A stretch of DNA of 64,000 nt from an uncultured Acidobacteriota bacterium (GCA_963773905.1 CAVZDB010000008.1:575200-639199); one strand, 5' to 3'; numbered from the stretch's first letter, positions 33,387 through 42,986 are shown. The notes: a model not told the origin generated them from the sequence alone. Made by a program: numbers and translations.

Positions 33387-34311
33387 AAGCGCGGCGGCGT
33401 CCGACGAGCACGCGAAAGTAGGAATCCACCCAGCCCTTCTCGAGGAGATGGTCCTCGAGCGCAATCAGGCGCGAGAGCGCGCCGGTCTCGTCCTCGCGGA
33501 GACGCGCGATGTCCATGCACGGGAAGACGAACCAGAGGATGTTGCCGCCATACGGCCGGTCCTCCAGGACCTCGAAGAGCCGCTTCGCGGCCGGGAGGAT
33601 CGCGCTCGAGCGGATCGACTCGGAGGGGTCGTCCATCGGCAGCGGGATCGCGAGCTCGGAGCGGTTCTTGAGATCCGCGGGCAGGGCGTCGAACGCGCTG
33701 CGCGCGAACCCCCACTGCGCGTCGCTCCACTCCGAGCGCGAGGGGCCCATGTACTCGTCCAGGAAGATGAGGCCTCCCGGCTTGAGCGCCGCGCGCACCT
33801 CCTCCATCACGCCCTCGACGTTGCGGATGTGGTGGAGCGACCCGTGGAAGAAGACGATGTCGTAGCGCGCGCGCGGCAGGCGGATCGCGTTGATGTCCTC
33901 GACCCGATAGTCCAGCCGCCGCGCGAGGCCGGCCTCCTCCGCGCCGCGCCGGGCCTCCGCGATCGCCTCCGGCGAGAAGTCGACGCCCTCGATGCGCTCG
34001 CAGATGCCCTTGAGGAAGACGTCGCGCTCGAGCAGGCCCGTGCCGCAGCCGACGGAGAGGCCGAGCGGGACCGCCGCCGGAACGTACTTCTGGGCGAACC
34101 ACTCCATCGGCCAGCGGTTGGGATCGCCGGTCACCCGCCGGTTGATCGCGCGGCGCACCAGGGGCTGCGATCCCCAGTACCGGTCCTCGGGCTCCCCCGG
34201 GGCGCCGGCATCCCAGAACTCCCGGGCCGCCGCCGCCTCGGCACGGGCGGCGCGGAGAACACTCCAGCGCCGGGCGAGTGAGTTCAGCGAGGCGCGAATC
34301 GCGGATGCCAT
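33385..34311 (-). CDS. Class I SAM-dependent methyltransferase
   Basis: Contains LSVGCGTGLLERD (motif I), VDFSPEAI and DIVFFHGSLHHI. Confidence 0.8.
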   Translation of the reverse strand: MASAIRASLNSLARRWSVLRAARAEAAAAREFWDAGAPGEPEDRYWGSQPLVRRAINRRVTGDPNRWPMEWFAQKYVPAAVPLGLSVGCGTGLLERDVFLKGICERIEGVDFSPEAIAEARRGAEEAGLARRLDYRVEDINAIRLPRARYDIVFFHGSLHHIRNVEGVMEEVRAALKPGGLIFLDEYMGPSRSEWSDAQWGFARSAFDALPADLKNRSELAIPLPMDDPSESIRSSAILPAAKRLFEVLEDRPYGGNILWFVFPCMDIARLREDETGALSRLIALEDHLLEKGWVDSYFRVLVGRRRA

Positions 34312-34574
34312 CGGTGAGCCGATCCATTATGCGGCAGAGGGATCGCACCGGAAAACAGAAACGCGAAACGCGAGAAGGCGAGAAGGGCAATCCCGCGGGA
34401 GGGCTCCCCCCGGGCGCGCCCGGTTTGCGAGTCGATGGGCCCCTCTGGTAACCTGCGCGGTCCCGGGGAACTCCCGGGAGCGGATCTTTTTCAACGTGGG
34501 TCGAAGGCCGGGATGAAAATGCCCCCGCGGGCTTCCGGCCATTAGCCCCCCGGGGCAACCCGGGATCGAAGAGC

Positions 34575-34649
<75 letters not shown>

Positions 34650-34665
34650 GTCTCTTCGTTATTGC

Positions 34666-34741
34666 AGGCGCTTAGCTCAGCTGGGAGAGCGCTTCCTTCA
34701 CACGGAAGAGGTCAACGGTTCGATCCCGTTAGCGCCTACCA
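34666..34741 (+). tRNA. tRNA-Val (anticodon CAC), CCA encoded
   Basis: Acceptor AGGCGCT/AGCGCCT, anticodon stem CTTCC/GGAAG with loop TTCACAC, T arm AACGG-TTCGATC-CCGTT. Confidence 0.9.
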
Positions 34742-34749
34742 AAGAACCG

Positions 34750-34780
34750 AACGCGGGGTGGCCCGCGTTTTTTTGTTTTT
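34750..34780 (+). terminator. Intrinsic terminator after the tRNA-Val pair
   Basis: AACGCGGG-GTGG-CCCGCGTT followed by TTTTTTGTTTTT. Confidence 0.8.
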
Positions 34781-34795
34781 GGGGATCGAGACAGA

Positions 34796-36757
34796 ATGGA
34801 AGCTCTGGCGGACATGGTTACGGTCACGCTGCCCGACGGATCGGCCCGCAAGGTGGCCGCCGGGACGACCCTGCGCGAGATCGCGCAGGGGATCGGCCCG
34901 CGCCTCGCCAAGGACGCGCTCGCCGCGAAGGTGGACGGCCGGCTCGTGGACCTCGCCGCGCGCGTCACGAAAGACGCCGCCGTCGAGATCGTGACGCCCC
35001 GCTCGCCGGAGGCGCTCGAGCTCTACCGGCACTCGACCGCGCACCTCACGGCCAACGCGGTCAAGCGGCTCTTCCCGACGGTCCAGATCGGAATCGGCCC
35101 CGCGATCGAGAACGGCTACTACTACGACTTCCTGCCGGAGCGCCCGTTCACGCCGGATGACCTCGCCGCGATCGAGACCGAGATGCGCAAGATCGTGGCC
35201 GAGGACAATCCGGTCGAGCGCCTCGAGATGCCGAAGGACGAGGCGATCCGGATCTTCGAGGGCCAGAAGGACCCGCTCAAGGTCGAGATCATCCGCGGGA
35301 TCCCGGACCCGAACGTGTCCGCCTACCGCCAGAGGGACTTCATCGACCTCTGCCGCGGGCCGCACGTGCCGTCGACGGGCCGCCTCGGGGTCTTCAAGCT
35401 CACGCACACGGCCGGCGCCTACTGGAAGGGCGACGAGAAGAACCCGATGCTGCAGCGCATCTACGGTGCGTGCTTCCTGACGCAGAAGGAGCTCGACGAG
35501 CACCTGCAGCGCCTCGAGGAGGCGCGCCAGCGCGACCACCGCAAGCTCGGCAAGGAGCTTGACCTCTTCTCCTTCAACCCGCTCGCGCCCGCGTCGCCGT
35601 TCTTCCATCCGAAGGGCGCGATCCTCTACAACGCGCTGATCGCGTACCTCCGGCAGGAGTACCGCGCGCGCGGGTACGACGAGGTCATCACGCCGCAGAT
35701 CTTCGACGCCGAGCTCTTCAAGATCTCGGGGCACTACGCGAACTACAAAGAGAACATGTACTGGACCGAGATCGACGAGCGGGAGTTCGGCGTCAAGCCG
35801 ATGAACTGCCCGGGCCACCACCTGCTCTTCCGGGAGCGGCTGTGGTCCTATCGCGAGCTCCCGGTCCGGTATGCCGACTTCGCGCGGCTCCACCGCTACG
35901 AGCGCTCGGGCGTGACGGCCGGGCTGACTCGCGTCCGCACGTTCTCGCAGGACGACGGCCACATCTACACGCCGATGGAGAAGATCGAGAGCGAGATCTT
36001 CGCGTTCCTCGACTTCCTGGACGTCGTGTACGGCGCCTTCGGGTTCACCGACGTCGAGATCTCGCTGGGGCTGCGGCCACAGCAGCGCGCGGGCACCGAC
36101 GAGCAGTGGAACCGCGGCGAGGCCGCGCTCGAGGCGGCCCTCAAGAAGGCCGGGCGGCCCTTCGTCGTCTCGCCGGGAGACGGCGCCTTCTACGGCTCCA
36201 AGATCGACTTCCGGGTCAAGGACGCGATCGGCCGGCCCTGGCAGCTCGGCACCATCCAGTGCGACCTGACGCAGCCCGAGCTCTTCGACCTCTCCTACAT
36301 CGGCGAAGACGGCAAGGCGCACCGGCCCGCGGTCCTGCACCGCGCGATCCTGGGCTCGCTCGAGCGCTTCCTCGGCATCCTGATCGAGCACACGGGCGGC
36401 AACTTCCCGTTCTGGATCTCGCCCGTGCAGGCCGTCGTGCTGCCCGTGTCGGACCGCTTCGTCGAGAAGGCGCGGGAGGTCGAGGCCCGCCTCGCGGAGG
36501 CCGGGCTTCGGGTCGAGGTCGACGACAAGAACGAGAAGCTCGGCGCGCGCATCCGCCGCGCCGAGCTGCAGAAGACCCCGAGCATGCTGGTCATCGGCGA
36601 GAAGGAGGCGGCCTCGGAATCGGTGGCCGTGCGCCTGCGCCACGGGGGAGACGCTGGAACGATGAGCCTCGTGGAGTTCATCGGAGCCGCCCGCCAGGCG
36701 GTCGCCGAGAAGAGGAAGGAACTGGTGAGAGATCTCGCGGAGGTGAAAGATCGATAA
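34796..36757 (+). CDS. thrS: Threonyl-tRNA synthetase
   Basis: 653 aa with a TGS domain N-terminus, HSTAHL, class II motifs (FRPLHRYERSG-like RLHRYERSGV, GTIQCDL) and an anticodon-binding C-terminus. Confidence 0.96.
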   Translation: MEALADMVTVTLPDGSARKVAAGTTLREIAQGIGPRLAKDALAAKVDGRLVDLAARVTKDAAVEIVTPRSPEALELYRHSTAHLTANAVKRLFPTVQIGIGPAIENGYYYDFLPERPFTPDDLAAIETEMRKIVAEDNPVERLEMPKDEAIRIFEGQKDPLKVEIIRGIPDPNVSAYRQRDFIDLCRGPHVPSTGRLGVFKLTHTAGAYWKGDEKNPMLQRIYGACFLTQKELDEHLQRLEEARQRDHRKLGKELDLFSFNPLAPASPFFHPKGAILYNALIAYLRQEYRARGYDEVITPQIFDAELFKISGHYANYKENMYWTEIDEREFGVKPMNCPGHHLLFRERLWSYRELPVRYADFARLHRYERSGVTAGLTRVRTFSQDDGHIYTPMEKIESEIFAFLDFLDVVYGAFGFTDVEISLGLRPQQRAGTDEQWNRGEAALEAALKKAGRPFVVSPGDGAFYGSKIDFRVKDAIGRPWQLGTIQCDLTQPELFDLSYIGEDGKAHRPAVLHRAILGSLERFLGILIEHTGGNFPFWISPVQAVVLPVSDRFVEKAREVEARLAEAGLRVEVDDKNEKLGARIRRAELQKTPSMLVIGEKEAASESVAVRLRHGGDAGTMSLVEFIGAARQAVAEKRKELVRDLAEVKDR

Positions 36758-37298
36758 GAAGAGTATCCGTGTCAACGAACAGATCCGCTGGAAAGAGGTT
36801 CGCCTGATCGGCGCGGAGGGCGAGGCGATCGGCGTCGTGCCGATGGCCGAGGCGCTGCAGAAGGCCCGCGAGGCGGCGCTCGACCTGGTCGAGATCGCCC
36901 CGACGGCCCAACCCCCGGTCTGCCGGATCATGAACTTCGGAAAGTTCATCTACCAGCAGAAGAAGAAGCAGCAGGACTCGAAGAAGAAGCAGAAGACGAC
37001 GCAGGTCAAGGAAGTGAAGTTTCGTCCCAACATCGACGACCACGACTACGACTTCAAGATGAAGAACATCCTCAAGTTCCTGTCCCACGGCGACAAGGTC
37101 AAGGCGACCGTGCAGTTCCGTGGACGGGAGATGGCGCGCCGCGAAAACGGCCAGAGGGTCCTCGACCGACTCCTCAAGGACCTGGTCGGCAAGGCGGTGG
37201 CCGAGTCGCGCTCCGAGATGCTGGGCAACCGGCTGTACCAGATCCTCTCGCCGGTGAAGCACGAGAAGGTGCCGGTGCCCGTCAAGAGCGGCGCCTGA
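36750..37298 (+). CDS. infC: Translation initiation factor IF-3, probable non-AUG (AUC) start
   Basis: The frame is open from just after the in-frame TGA at 36744-36746. It reads IDKKSIRVNEQIRWKEVRLIGAEGEAIGVV...VCRIMNFGKFIYQ. There is no ATG/GTG/TTG before the conserved N-terminal domain; ORF 36837..37298 covers only the rest. Confidence 0.85.
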   Translation: MDKKSIRVNEQIRWKEVRLIGAEGEAIGVVPMAEALQKAREAALDLVEIAPTAQPPVCRIMNFGKFIYQQKKKQQDSKKKQKTTQVKEVKFRPNIDDHDYDFKMKNILKFLSHGDKVKATVQFRGREMARRENGQRVLDRLLKDLVGKAVAESRSEMLGNRLYQILSPVKHEKVPVPVKSGA

Positions 37299-37316
37299 CG
37301 CAACGAAAGGAAACCC

Positions 37317-37514
37317 ATGCCGAAGCTGAAGACCCACCGGGGCGCGGCGAAGCGCTTCAAGAAGACCGCCTCCGGCAAGTTCAAGAGGGCGAAGGCGTTC
37401 AAGAGCCACATCCTCACCAAGAAGGCGCCGGGCCGTAAGCGCGGCCTCGCCCATTCCACGACGGTCTCGAAGGCCGACATCCGGCGCGTCCGGGAGATGT
37501 TGCCTTACGCGTGA
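37317..37514 (+). CDS. rpmI: 50S ribosomal protein L35
   Basis: 65 aa, [24 protein letters not shown]. Confidence 0.97.
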   Translation: MPKLKTHRGAAKRFKKTASGKFKRAKAFKSHILTKKAPGRKRGLAHSTTVSKADIRRVREMLPYA

Positions 37515-37561
37515 GACGCGGGCCGCCGCCGAGAGACCCCAACGAAAACAAGGAGTGACCG

Positions 37562-37924
37562 ATGCCTCGCGTAAAGAGGGGACCCAAGCGCAAGAACAAG
37601 CGCGCCAAGACGCTGGCGCTCGCCAAGGGCTACTACGGGACGAAATCCAAGTCCTACCGGATGGCGAAGCTCCAGGTGGAGAAGTCGCTCGTCTACGCGT
37701 ACCGCGACCGCAAGGCGCGCAAGCGCGACTTCCGCGGACTGTGGATCGTTCGCATCAACGCCGCGGCGCGCGAGAACGCCATTTCCTACAGCAAGCTGAT
37801 GAGCGGCCTGAAGAAGGCGGGCAGCGAGATCAACCGGAAGATGCTGGCCGATCTGGCCGTGTCCGATCCGGCTGCCTTCACCCACCTCGTAGGCGTTGCC
37901 AAACAGGCCCTGAAGATCGCGTGA
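37562..37924 (+). CDS. rplT: 50S ribosomal protein L20
   Basis: 120 aa, [26 protein letters not shown]...[12 protein letters not shown]. Confidence 0.97.
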   Translation: MPRVKRGPKRKNKRAKTLALAKGYYGTKSKSYRMAKLQVEKSLVYAYRDRKARKRDFRGLWIVRINAAARENAISYSKLMSGLKKAGSEINRKMLADLAVSDPAAFTHLVGVAKQALKIA

Positions 37925-37959
37925 AGCGGTAGGCCGCGGGCGTAGGGCTAAGAGTAGCC

Positions 37960-39012
37960 GTGTCGCACGACGCCGTCGAGAAGGTCCTGCGCTCCTTTCG
38001 CGAGGAGATCGCTCGAGGTGTGTCGAGCCGCGCCGAGTTCGAGCGCCTGAAGGGCGCCTACCTCGGACGGGAGAAGGGGCTCATCCCCCAGCTCCTGACC
38101 ACCCTCAAGACGCTGCCTCCCGCCGAGCGCGCCGCGTTCGGCGCGAGCGCCAATGCCGCGAAGGCGGAGGTCGAGGCCGCCCTCACCGACCTCGCGGCAC
38201 AGATCCAGCGCCGGGAGGCCGCGTCGCGCGACCGGGCCGCCGCGGTCGACGTGACCCTGCCGGGCCGCCGCGAGCGCGCCGGCGGGCTCCATCCGCTGAC
38301 GATCGTGCGCCGGCGGATCGAGGAGATCTTCCTCCGGATGGGCTATTCCATCGCCGACGGCCCCGAGGTCGAGAGCGACTTCCACAACTTCGAGGCGCTC
38401 AACTTCCCGCCGGAGCATCCGGCGCGGGACACGCAGGACACGCTCCTGCTCGACCGGCCGGCGCGCTCGCCGCTGCTCCTGCGCACGCACACCTCGCCCG
38501 TGCAGATTCGCGAGATGCGCAAGCACGGGGCGCCGCTGCGCATCCTGTGTCCCGGCCGCGTGTACCGCAAGGACGAGGTCGACGCGACGCACTCGCCGGT
38601 CTTTCACCAGGTCGAGGGCCTCCTGGTCGACCGCGGGATCTCCATGGCCGACCTGAAGGGCACCGTGTCGACGTTTCTCGAGGAGCTCTTCGGCAAAGGC
38701 ACGCACGCCCGCTTCATTCCCACGTTCTTCCCCTTCGTCGAGCCCGGCGTCGACGTCGCCATGAGCTGCATCTTCTGCAAGGGCACCGGCTGCCCGAAGT
38801 GCAAGGGCTCGGGCTGGATCGAGATCATGGGCGCGGGGATGGTGCATCCGCGCGTTCTCCAGGGCGTGGCGATCGATCCCGAGGAGTACACGGGCTTCGC
38901 CTTCGGCCTGGGCATCGACCGGGTCGCGCTGCTCCACTACGGATTCCCGGACCTGCGCCTTCTCTTCGAGGGCGACGAGCGGTTCCTGCGACAGTTCGCG
39001 GGGCCGGCCTAG
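37960..39012 (+). CDS. pheS: Phenylalanyl-tRNA synthetase alpha subunit
   Basis: 350 aa with HPLT, FPPEHPARDTQDT, RTHTSPVQIR, GRVYRKDEVDATHSPVFHQVEGL and AFGLGIDRVALL. Confidence 0.96.
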   Translation: MSHDAVEKVLRSFREEIARGVSSRAEFERLKGAYLGREKGLIPQLLTTLKTLPPAERAAFGASANAAKAEVEAALTDLAAQIQRREAASRDRAAAVDVTLPGRRERAGGLHPLTIVRRRIEEIFLRMGYSIADGPEVESDFHNFEALNFPPEHPARDTQDTLLLDRPARSPLLLRTHTSPVQIREMRKHGAPLRILCPGRVYRKDEVDATHSPVFHQVEGLLVDRGISMADLKGTVSTFLEELFGKGTHARFIPTFFPFVEPGVDVAMSCIFCKGTGCPKCKGSGWIEIMGAGMVHPRVLQGVAIDPEEYTGFAFGLGIDRVALLHYGFPDLRLLFEGDERFLRQFAGPA

Positions 39013-39023
39013 GCCTCGCCGCC

Positions 39024-41138
39024 GTGAAGTTCTCGCTCGACTGGCTCCACGAGTTCGTCGACACCGGCGCGGCCGGCGGCGCCGAAGGCGTTCGCGCGCT
39101 CCTCGACCAGGCCGGGTTCCCGGTCGAGTCGACGCAGCTCGCGGGGTCGGACACGGTCCTCGACGTCGAGATCACGCCCAACCGGCCGGACGCGATGGGC
39201 CATCGCGGCCTGGCGCGGGAGGTCGCGGCGATGGCGGGTCTCCCGATGCGCGATCTCGAGCCGCGCTACGCGGATCCGGAGTCGCGCGGCGAGTCGGCGG
39301 AGCACCTCGCGTCGATCGTGATCCGCGTGCCGAAGCTCTGCCGGCGGTTCGGCGCACGCATCGTCCGGGGCATCGGCTCCGCGCCGGCCACGGCGGGAAT
39401 GCGGAGGAGCCTCTCGGCGATCGGGGCCAAGTCGATCTCCGCCGCGGTCGACGCGACCAACTACGTCCTGTGGGACACGGGTCAGCCGCTGCACGCCTTC
39501 GACCTCGACAAGCTCGCGGGCGGCCTGGTCATCGTGCGCCGCGCGGCGCCCGGCGAGAAGCTCGTCACGCTGGACGGAATCGAGCGCGCGCTGGAGTCTT
39601 CGGACGTCGTCGTGGCCGACGCCGAGCGCGCGGTGTCGCTCGCCGGGATCATGGGCGGCCTCGACACCGCGGTCACGGCCGACACGAAGAACGTCCTCCT
39701 GGAGGCCGCGTGGTGGGACCCCGTCTCGATCCGCAAGACCGCCCGGCGGCTCGGGATGCACACCGACGCGTCGCATCGCTTCGAGCGCGGCGCCGACTAC
39801 GGCGCGATCCCCGGCGCGCTCAACCTGGCGGCCCGGCTCCTGGTCGGGAGCGCGGGCGGCGCGGTCGCGCCCGGCCTGCTCGACGCGCACGGCAGCGCCT
39901 TCCGGCTGCGCCGCACCGTCCTGCGGCTCGCGCGCCTGCGCCTGCTCTCCGGCGACGCCTCGCTCTCGCTCGACTTCGCCGAGGAGGCGCTGGCCCGCCT
40001 GGGCTTCTCGACCGAGCGCCGGGGCAAGCGCATCGCGGTGCGGATCCCGTACTTCCGCGCCGACGTGCGGCGCGAGGACGACCTGGTCGAGGAGGTCCTG
40101 CGCGTCCACGGCTACAACCGGCTGCCCACGCGGCTCCCCGCGGCGACCGCGCCCGGCGAGTTCCGTGAGCCGCTCCGCGCGGTCGAGGACCGGCTGACCG
40201 ACGGGGCCGCGGCCGCCGGATTCTTCGAGACGATCCAGTACCCGTTCGTCGACCGCGACACGGACGAGGCGGCTTGGGGCGAGTGGCTAAGGATCACCGA
40301 CACCGCGCTCGAGCCGCTGGCGATCCTCAATCCCCTGGACGGCACGCGCCGGCACCTGCGGGCGACGCTGCTGCCCGGCCTGCTCGACACGCTCGCGCGC
40401 AACGTCCGGCGCGGCGCCGAGGGGGCGGCGGTGTTCGAGATCGGCCGCGCGTTCGGGGAGCCGGGCGAGCCGGATAAGCCGGAGTCCTTCGAGTCGCGCC
40501 GCTTCGCCTTCGCGCTGGCCGGAGAGATCCGCGTCCACTGGAGCGCTCCGGAGAGGCTGCGGGGCGCGGACTTCTTCGACGCGAAGGGCCTCGTCGAGCG
40601 GCTGCTCGCGCCGTGGCTGCCGGCGTCGGCGCTGCGCTGGAAGCCGGTCGCGGTCCAGGGGATGACGGCCGGCGCCTCGGCCACCGTCGAGACCCGCGCC
40701 GGACGCCTGCTCGGACTCGCCGGGACGGTCTCGATCGCCGAGCGCCAGAGACGGGATCTGCCGGTCGCGGCCTTCGCCGGCGAGATCCTGATCGCGCGGA
40801 TCCCCTCGGAGCGGCGGCTGTTCGCGTACCGCGAGTTCTCGACGCTGCCCGCGATCACCGCGGACCTGTCCTTCGCGCAGCCGAAGGATCTGAGCTGGGA
40901 CTCGGTCGAGACGCTGGTGCGCGATACCCGGCTCGCGAACCTGGAGTCGGTCGAATGCCACGACCGCTACGAGGGGCCGGGCGTCGGGGAGGGGGAGATC
41001 AAGACGACGCTTCGCCTGCGGTTCCGCTCGCCCGAGCGGACCCTTTCGCAGGAAGAAGTGAATGGCGAGGTGCGGCGGCTCGCCGAAGCGCTAGGATCGC
41101 GCCCGGGCATCACCGTCAGCGGTTGGGAGAAAGCGTGA
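39024..41138 (+). CDS. pheT: Phenylalanyl-tRNA synthetase beta subunit
   Basis: GTG start. VKFSLDWLHEFVD, B3/4 domain (TNYVLWDTGQPLHAFD), B5 domain and a C-terminal FDX-ACB-like domain. Confidence 0.93.
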   Translation: MKFSLDWLHEFVDTGAAGGAEGVRALLDQAGFPVESTQLAGSDTVLDVEITPNRPDAMGHRGLAREVAAMAGLPMRDLEPRYADPESRGESAEHLASIVIRVPKLCRRFGARIVRGIGSAPATAGMRRSLSAIGAKSISAAVDATNYVLWDTGQPLHAFDLDKLAGGLVIVRRAAPGEKLVTLDGIERALESSDVVVADAERAVSLAGIMGGLDTAVTADTKNVLLEAAWWDPVSIRKTARRLGMHTDASHRFERGADYGAIPGALNLAARLLVGSAGGAVAPGLLDAHGSAFRLRRTVLRLARLRLLSGDASLSLDFAEEALARLGFSTERRGKRIAVRIPYFRADVRREDDLVEEVLRVHGYNRLPTRLPAATAPGEFREPLRAVEDRLTDGAAAAGFFETIQYPFVDRDTDEAAWGEWLRITDTALEPLAILNPLDGTRRHLRATLLPGLLDTLARNVRRGAEGAAVFEIGRAFGEPGEPDKPESFESRRFAFALAGEIRVHWSAPERLRGADFFDAKGLVERLLAPWLPASALRWKPVAVQGMTAGASATVETRAGRLLGLAGTVSIAERQRRDLPVAAFAGEILIARIPSERRLFAYREFSTLPAITADLSFAQPKDLSWDSVETLVRDTRLANLESVECHDRYEGPGVGEGEIKTTLRLRFRSPERTLSQEEVNGEVRRLAEALGSRPGITVSGWEKA

Positions 41139-41140
41139 CT

Positions 41141-41479
41141 ATGGATACCGTCAAGGTCTTCGACAGCCTGGATCGCAAGATCGAGCGATTGATCGACCGC
41201 CTCAAGTCGCTCGAGACCGAGAACGAGAAGCTCAAGAACGACGTCGCGACGGCCCGCAAGGCGGAGAAGGAGGCGGGCGGGTCGAAGGAGCGTCTCAAGT
41301 CGGTCGAGGCCGAGAACGAGAAACTCAAGAACGACCTCGCGGCTTCGCGCAAGGCCGAGAAGGAAGCGGGCAGCTCGAAGAGCGTCGTCGAGAAGATGGA
41401 GCGCGAGCAGAGCCTGGTTCGCGAGCGCCTCGAGAAGCTGATCGGATCGCTCGAGGCCGCGGAGGAGAAGCGCTCGTAG
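41141..41479 (+). CDS. Coiled-coil protein, ZapB-like cell-division candidate
   Basis: 112 aa, heptad-rich, with an internal ~31-aa duplication (ENEKLKND..RKAEKEAG.SK). Located between pheT and zapA. Confidence 0.5.
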   Translation: MDTVKVFDSLDRKIERLIDRLKSLETENEKLKNDVATARKAEKEAGGSKERLKSVEAENEKLKNDLAASRKAEKEAGSSKSVVEKMEREQSLVRERLEKLIGSLEAAEEKRS

Positions 41480-41488
41480 ACGCCGCCA

Positions 41489-41588
41489 TGTCATCCCGAC
41501 GCCGAGCGCAGCGAGGTGAAGGGACCCCTTTGAAGCCTTTGTGTTCCTTGGAAAGGGGTCCCTCGTCGCTCCGCTCCTCGGGATGACA
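41489..41588. repeat. Long imperfect palindrome (REP/MITE-like), family D
   Basis: Left arm is TGTCATCCCGACGCCGAGCGCAGCGAGGTGAAGGGACCCCTT, followed by a 22-nt loop. Right arm is AAGGGGTCCCTCGTCGCTCCGCTCCTCGGGATGACA. The downstream ATG (41583) lies in the right arm. Confidence 0.85.
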
Positions 41589-42461
41589 GAGATCGCCGCC
41601 TTCGGCCCCCGCTGTCTGGTCTGCGGCGCCGAGAAGTTCGCGGCGTTCGCGCGCACGCCGCCGGGGTCCTGGGTCCGCTGCCGGCGCTGCGGGCTCGTGC
41701 GCCAGGTGGATCCGCCGCCCGAATCGGTGACGCAGGCGCGCTACGGGTTCGCGCCGCGGCACTCGGAGGAGGCCTCGCCGGAATCCTGGGGCGAGACCCG
41801 GCCCGACGCGCACTCCCAATTCAAGTACTGGATCGTGGGCGAGGCGCTGCGCTCGCGGGGGCTGTCGGGCCGCCTCGTGGACGTGGGCTGCGGCAACGGC
41901 CTTCTGCAGCACCACCTCGCCTCGCTCGGGTTTGCCGACACCGTCGGGGTCGAGCCGTCCGGCAACCCGACCGGACACCGCGAGCTTCGCCTCGCGATCT
42001 ACAACGAGCCGGTCGAGACCTTCCTCGAGCGGCCCGGCATGGCCGGGGGTTTCGCGATCGCGGTGGCCAACCACGTCCTCGAGCACGCCTACGCTCCCGG
42101 GGAGCTTCTCCGCCAGTTGCGCGCGCTCGTGCGTCCCGGGGGGCACGTCTTCATCGCGACTCCCAACCTCGCCGGCGCGGCGATGCGCTGGAAGACGCTC
42201 CTCTCGCGGCTCTCCCTGAAGGCCCGCCCCTTCCGCCACCTCGACTATCCCAAGCACCTGGTCCTCTTCGACCGCCGCAACCTCCCCCGGCTGATCGCCG
42301 CGGCCGGGCTCGAGGTGCTGGCCGTCGAAACCTACACGCGGGCCTCGTCGGATGCCTCGAAGAAGCCCGCCCGCGCGAGCCTGTGGGACGCGCTGGGTTG
42401 GGGCGACAACATGTACGTGCTGGCGAAACGACCCGGACCGGAACCCGCCGCTCCGTCGTAA
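41583..42461 (+). CDS. Class I SAM-dependent methyltransferase with N-terminal Cys4 zinc-ribbon-like motif
   Basis: Contains CLVCGAEKF...CRRCG, VDVGCGNGLL and ANHVLEHAYAPGELL. Confidence 0.75.
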   Translation: MTEIAAFGPRCLVCGAEKFAAFARTPPGSWVRCRRCGLVRQVDPPPESVTQARYGFAPRHSEEASPESWGETRPDAHSQFKYWIVGEALRSRGLSGRLVDVGCGNGLLQHHLASLGFADTVGVEPSGNPTGHRELRLAIYNEPVETFLERPGMAGGFAIAVANHVLEHAYAPGELLRQLRALVRPGGHVFIATPNLAGAAMRWKTLLSRLSLKARPFRHLDYPKHLVLFDRRNLPRLIAAAGLEVLAVETYTRASSDASKKPARASLWDALGWGDNMYVLAKRPGPEPAAPS

Positions 42462-42521
42462 CCCGTTGACTCCTTTGGTCCAGACGAACTAGACTCGCGC
42501 AGGAAAGGAGTCAGTGTTCCG

Positions 42522-42815
42522 ATGGATAGGCGGGGCAGTGTGACTCAAGTCGAAATCTTCGGGCAGACGTACAGCGTCCGCGCCGAGGGCGAAAGCGGCT
42601 ATATTCACGATCTGGCCCGCTTCGTGGACTCACGCATGAAAGAAGTGGCGGAGAAGACGGCGACTGTCGACACCACGAAGATCGCCATACTGGCCGCCCT
42701 GAACATTTCGGATGATCTTTATCAAGTCGAAAAGCGTAGGCAGGGCGACCCCACGGACTCGAAGGCCCGTGCGGAGCGCCTGATTCGAAAACTGGACGAC
42801 GCCCTCGGGCTCTAG
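42522..42815 (+). CDS. zapA: Cell division protein ZapA
   Basis: 97 aa with VEIFGQTYSVRAEGESGYIHDLARFVDSRMKEV...AILAALNISDDL. Confidence 0.85.
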   Translation: MDRRGSVTQVEIFGQTYSVRAEGESGYIHDLARFVDSRMKEVAEKTATVDTTKIAILAALNISDDLYQVEKRRQGDPTDSKARAERLIRKLDDALGL

Positions 42816-42986
42816 GCGAGGCGTCGGCACCCCGCGCCAAGAGGAGCCGCGGGGACACACGAAGGAATACGAGAGGTCGTTTTGAGTCCGGTTGTCCCGT
42901 TTCCTAACCCTCGTCGGAAGAGTCGCTTCCGCCCCATCGTGTAGCCGCGTCAGCCCAGGGCCCCCAGGGCGAGTAGGGGGCTCGGA

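Noticed and set aside
34312-34574. Promoter (TTGCGA-18 nt-TAACCT) and a small RNA or terminator (CCCGGG-GAACT-CCCGGG followed by a T-run) upstream of the tRNA-Val genes
   Set aside because: The spacing would give only a ~30-nt transcript. The motifs are weak matches that occur by chance. There is no supporting conservation.
42816-42986. 6S RNA (ssrS) in the zapA-rny spacer, a syntenic position in some bacteria
   Set aside because: I could find only two local hairpins (one around the zapA stop, and CCCCGCG...CGCGGGG). There is no long closing stem pairing the 5' and 3' ends and no central-bubble architecture. This cannot be supported without a covariance-model search.
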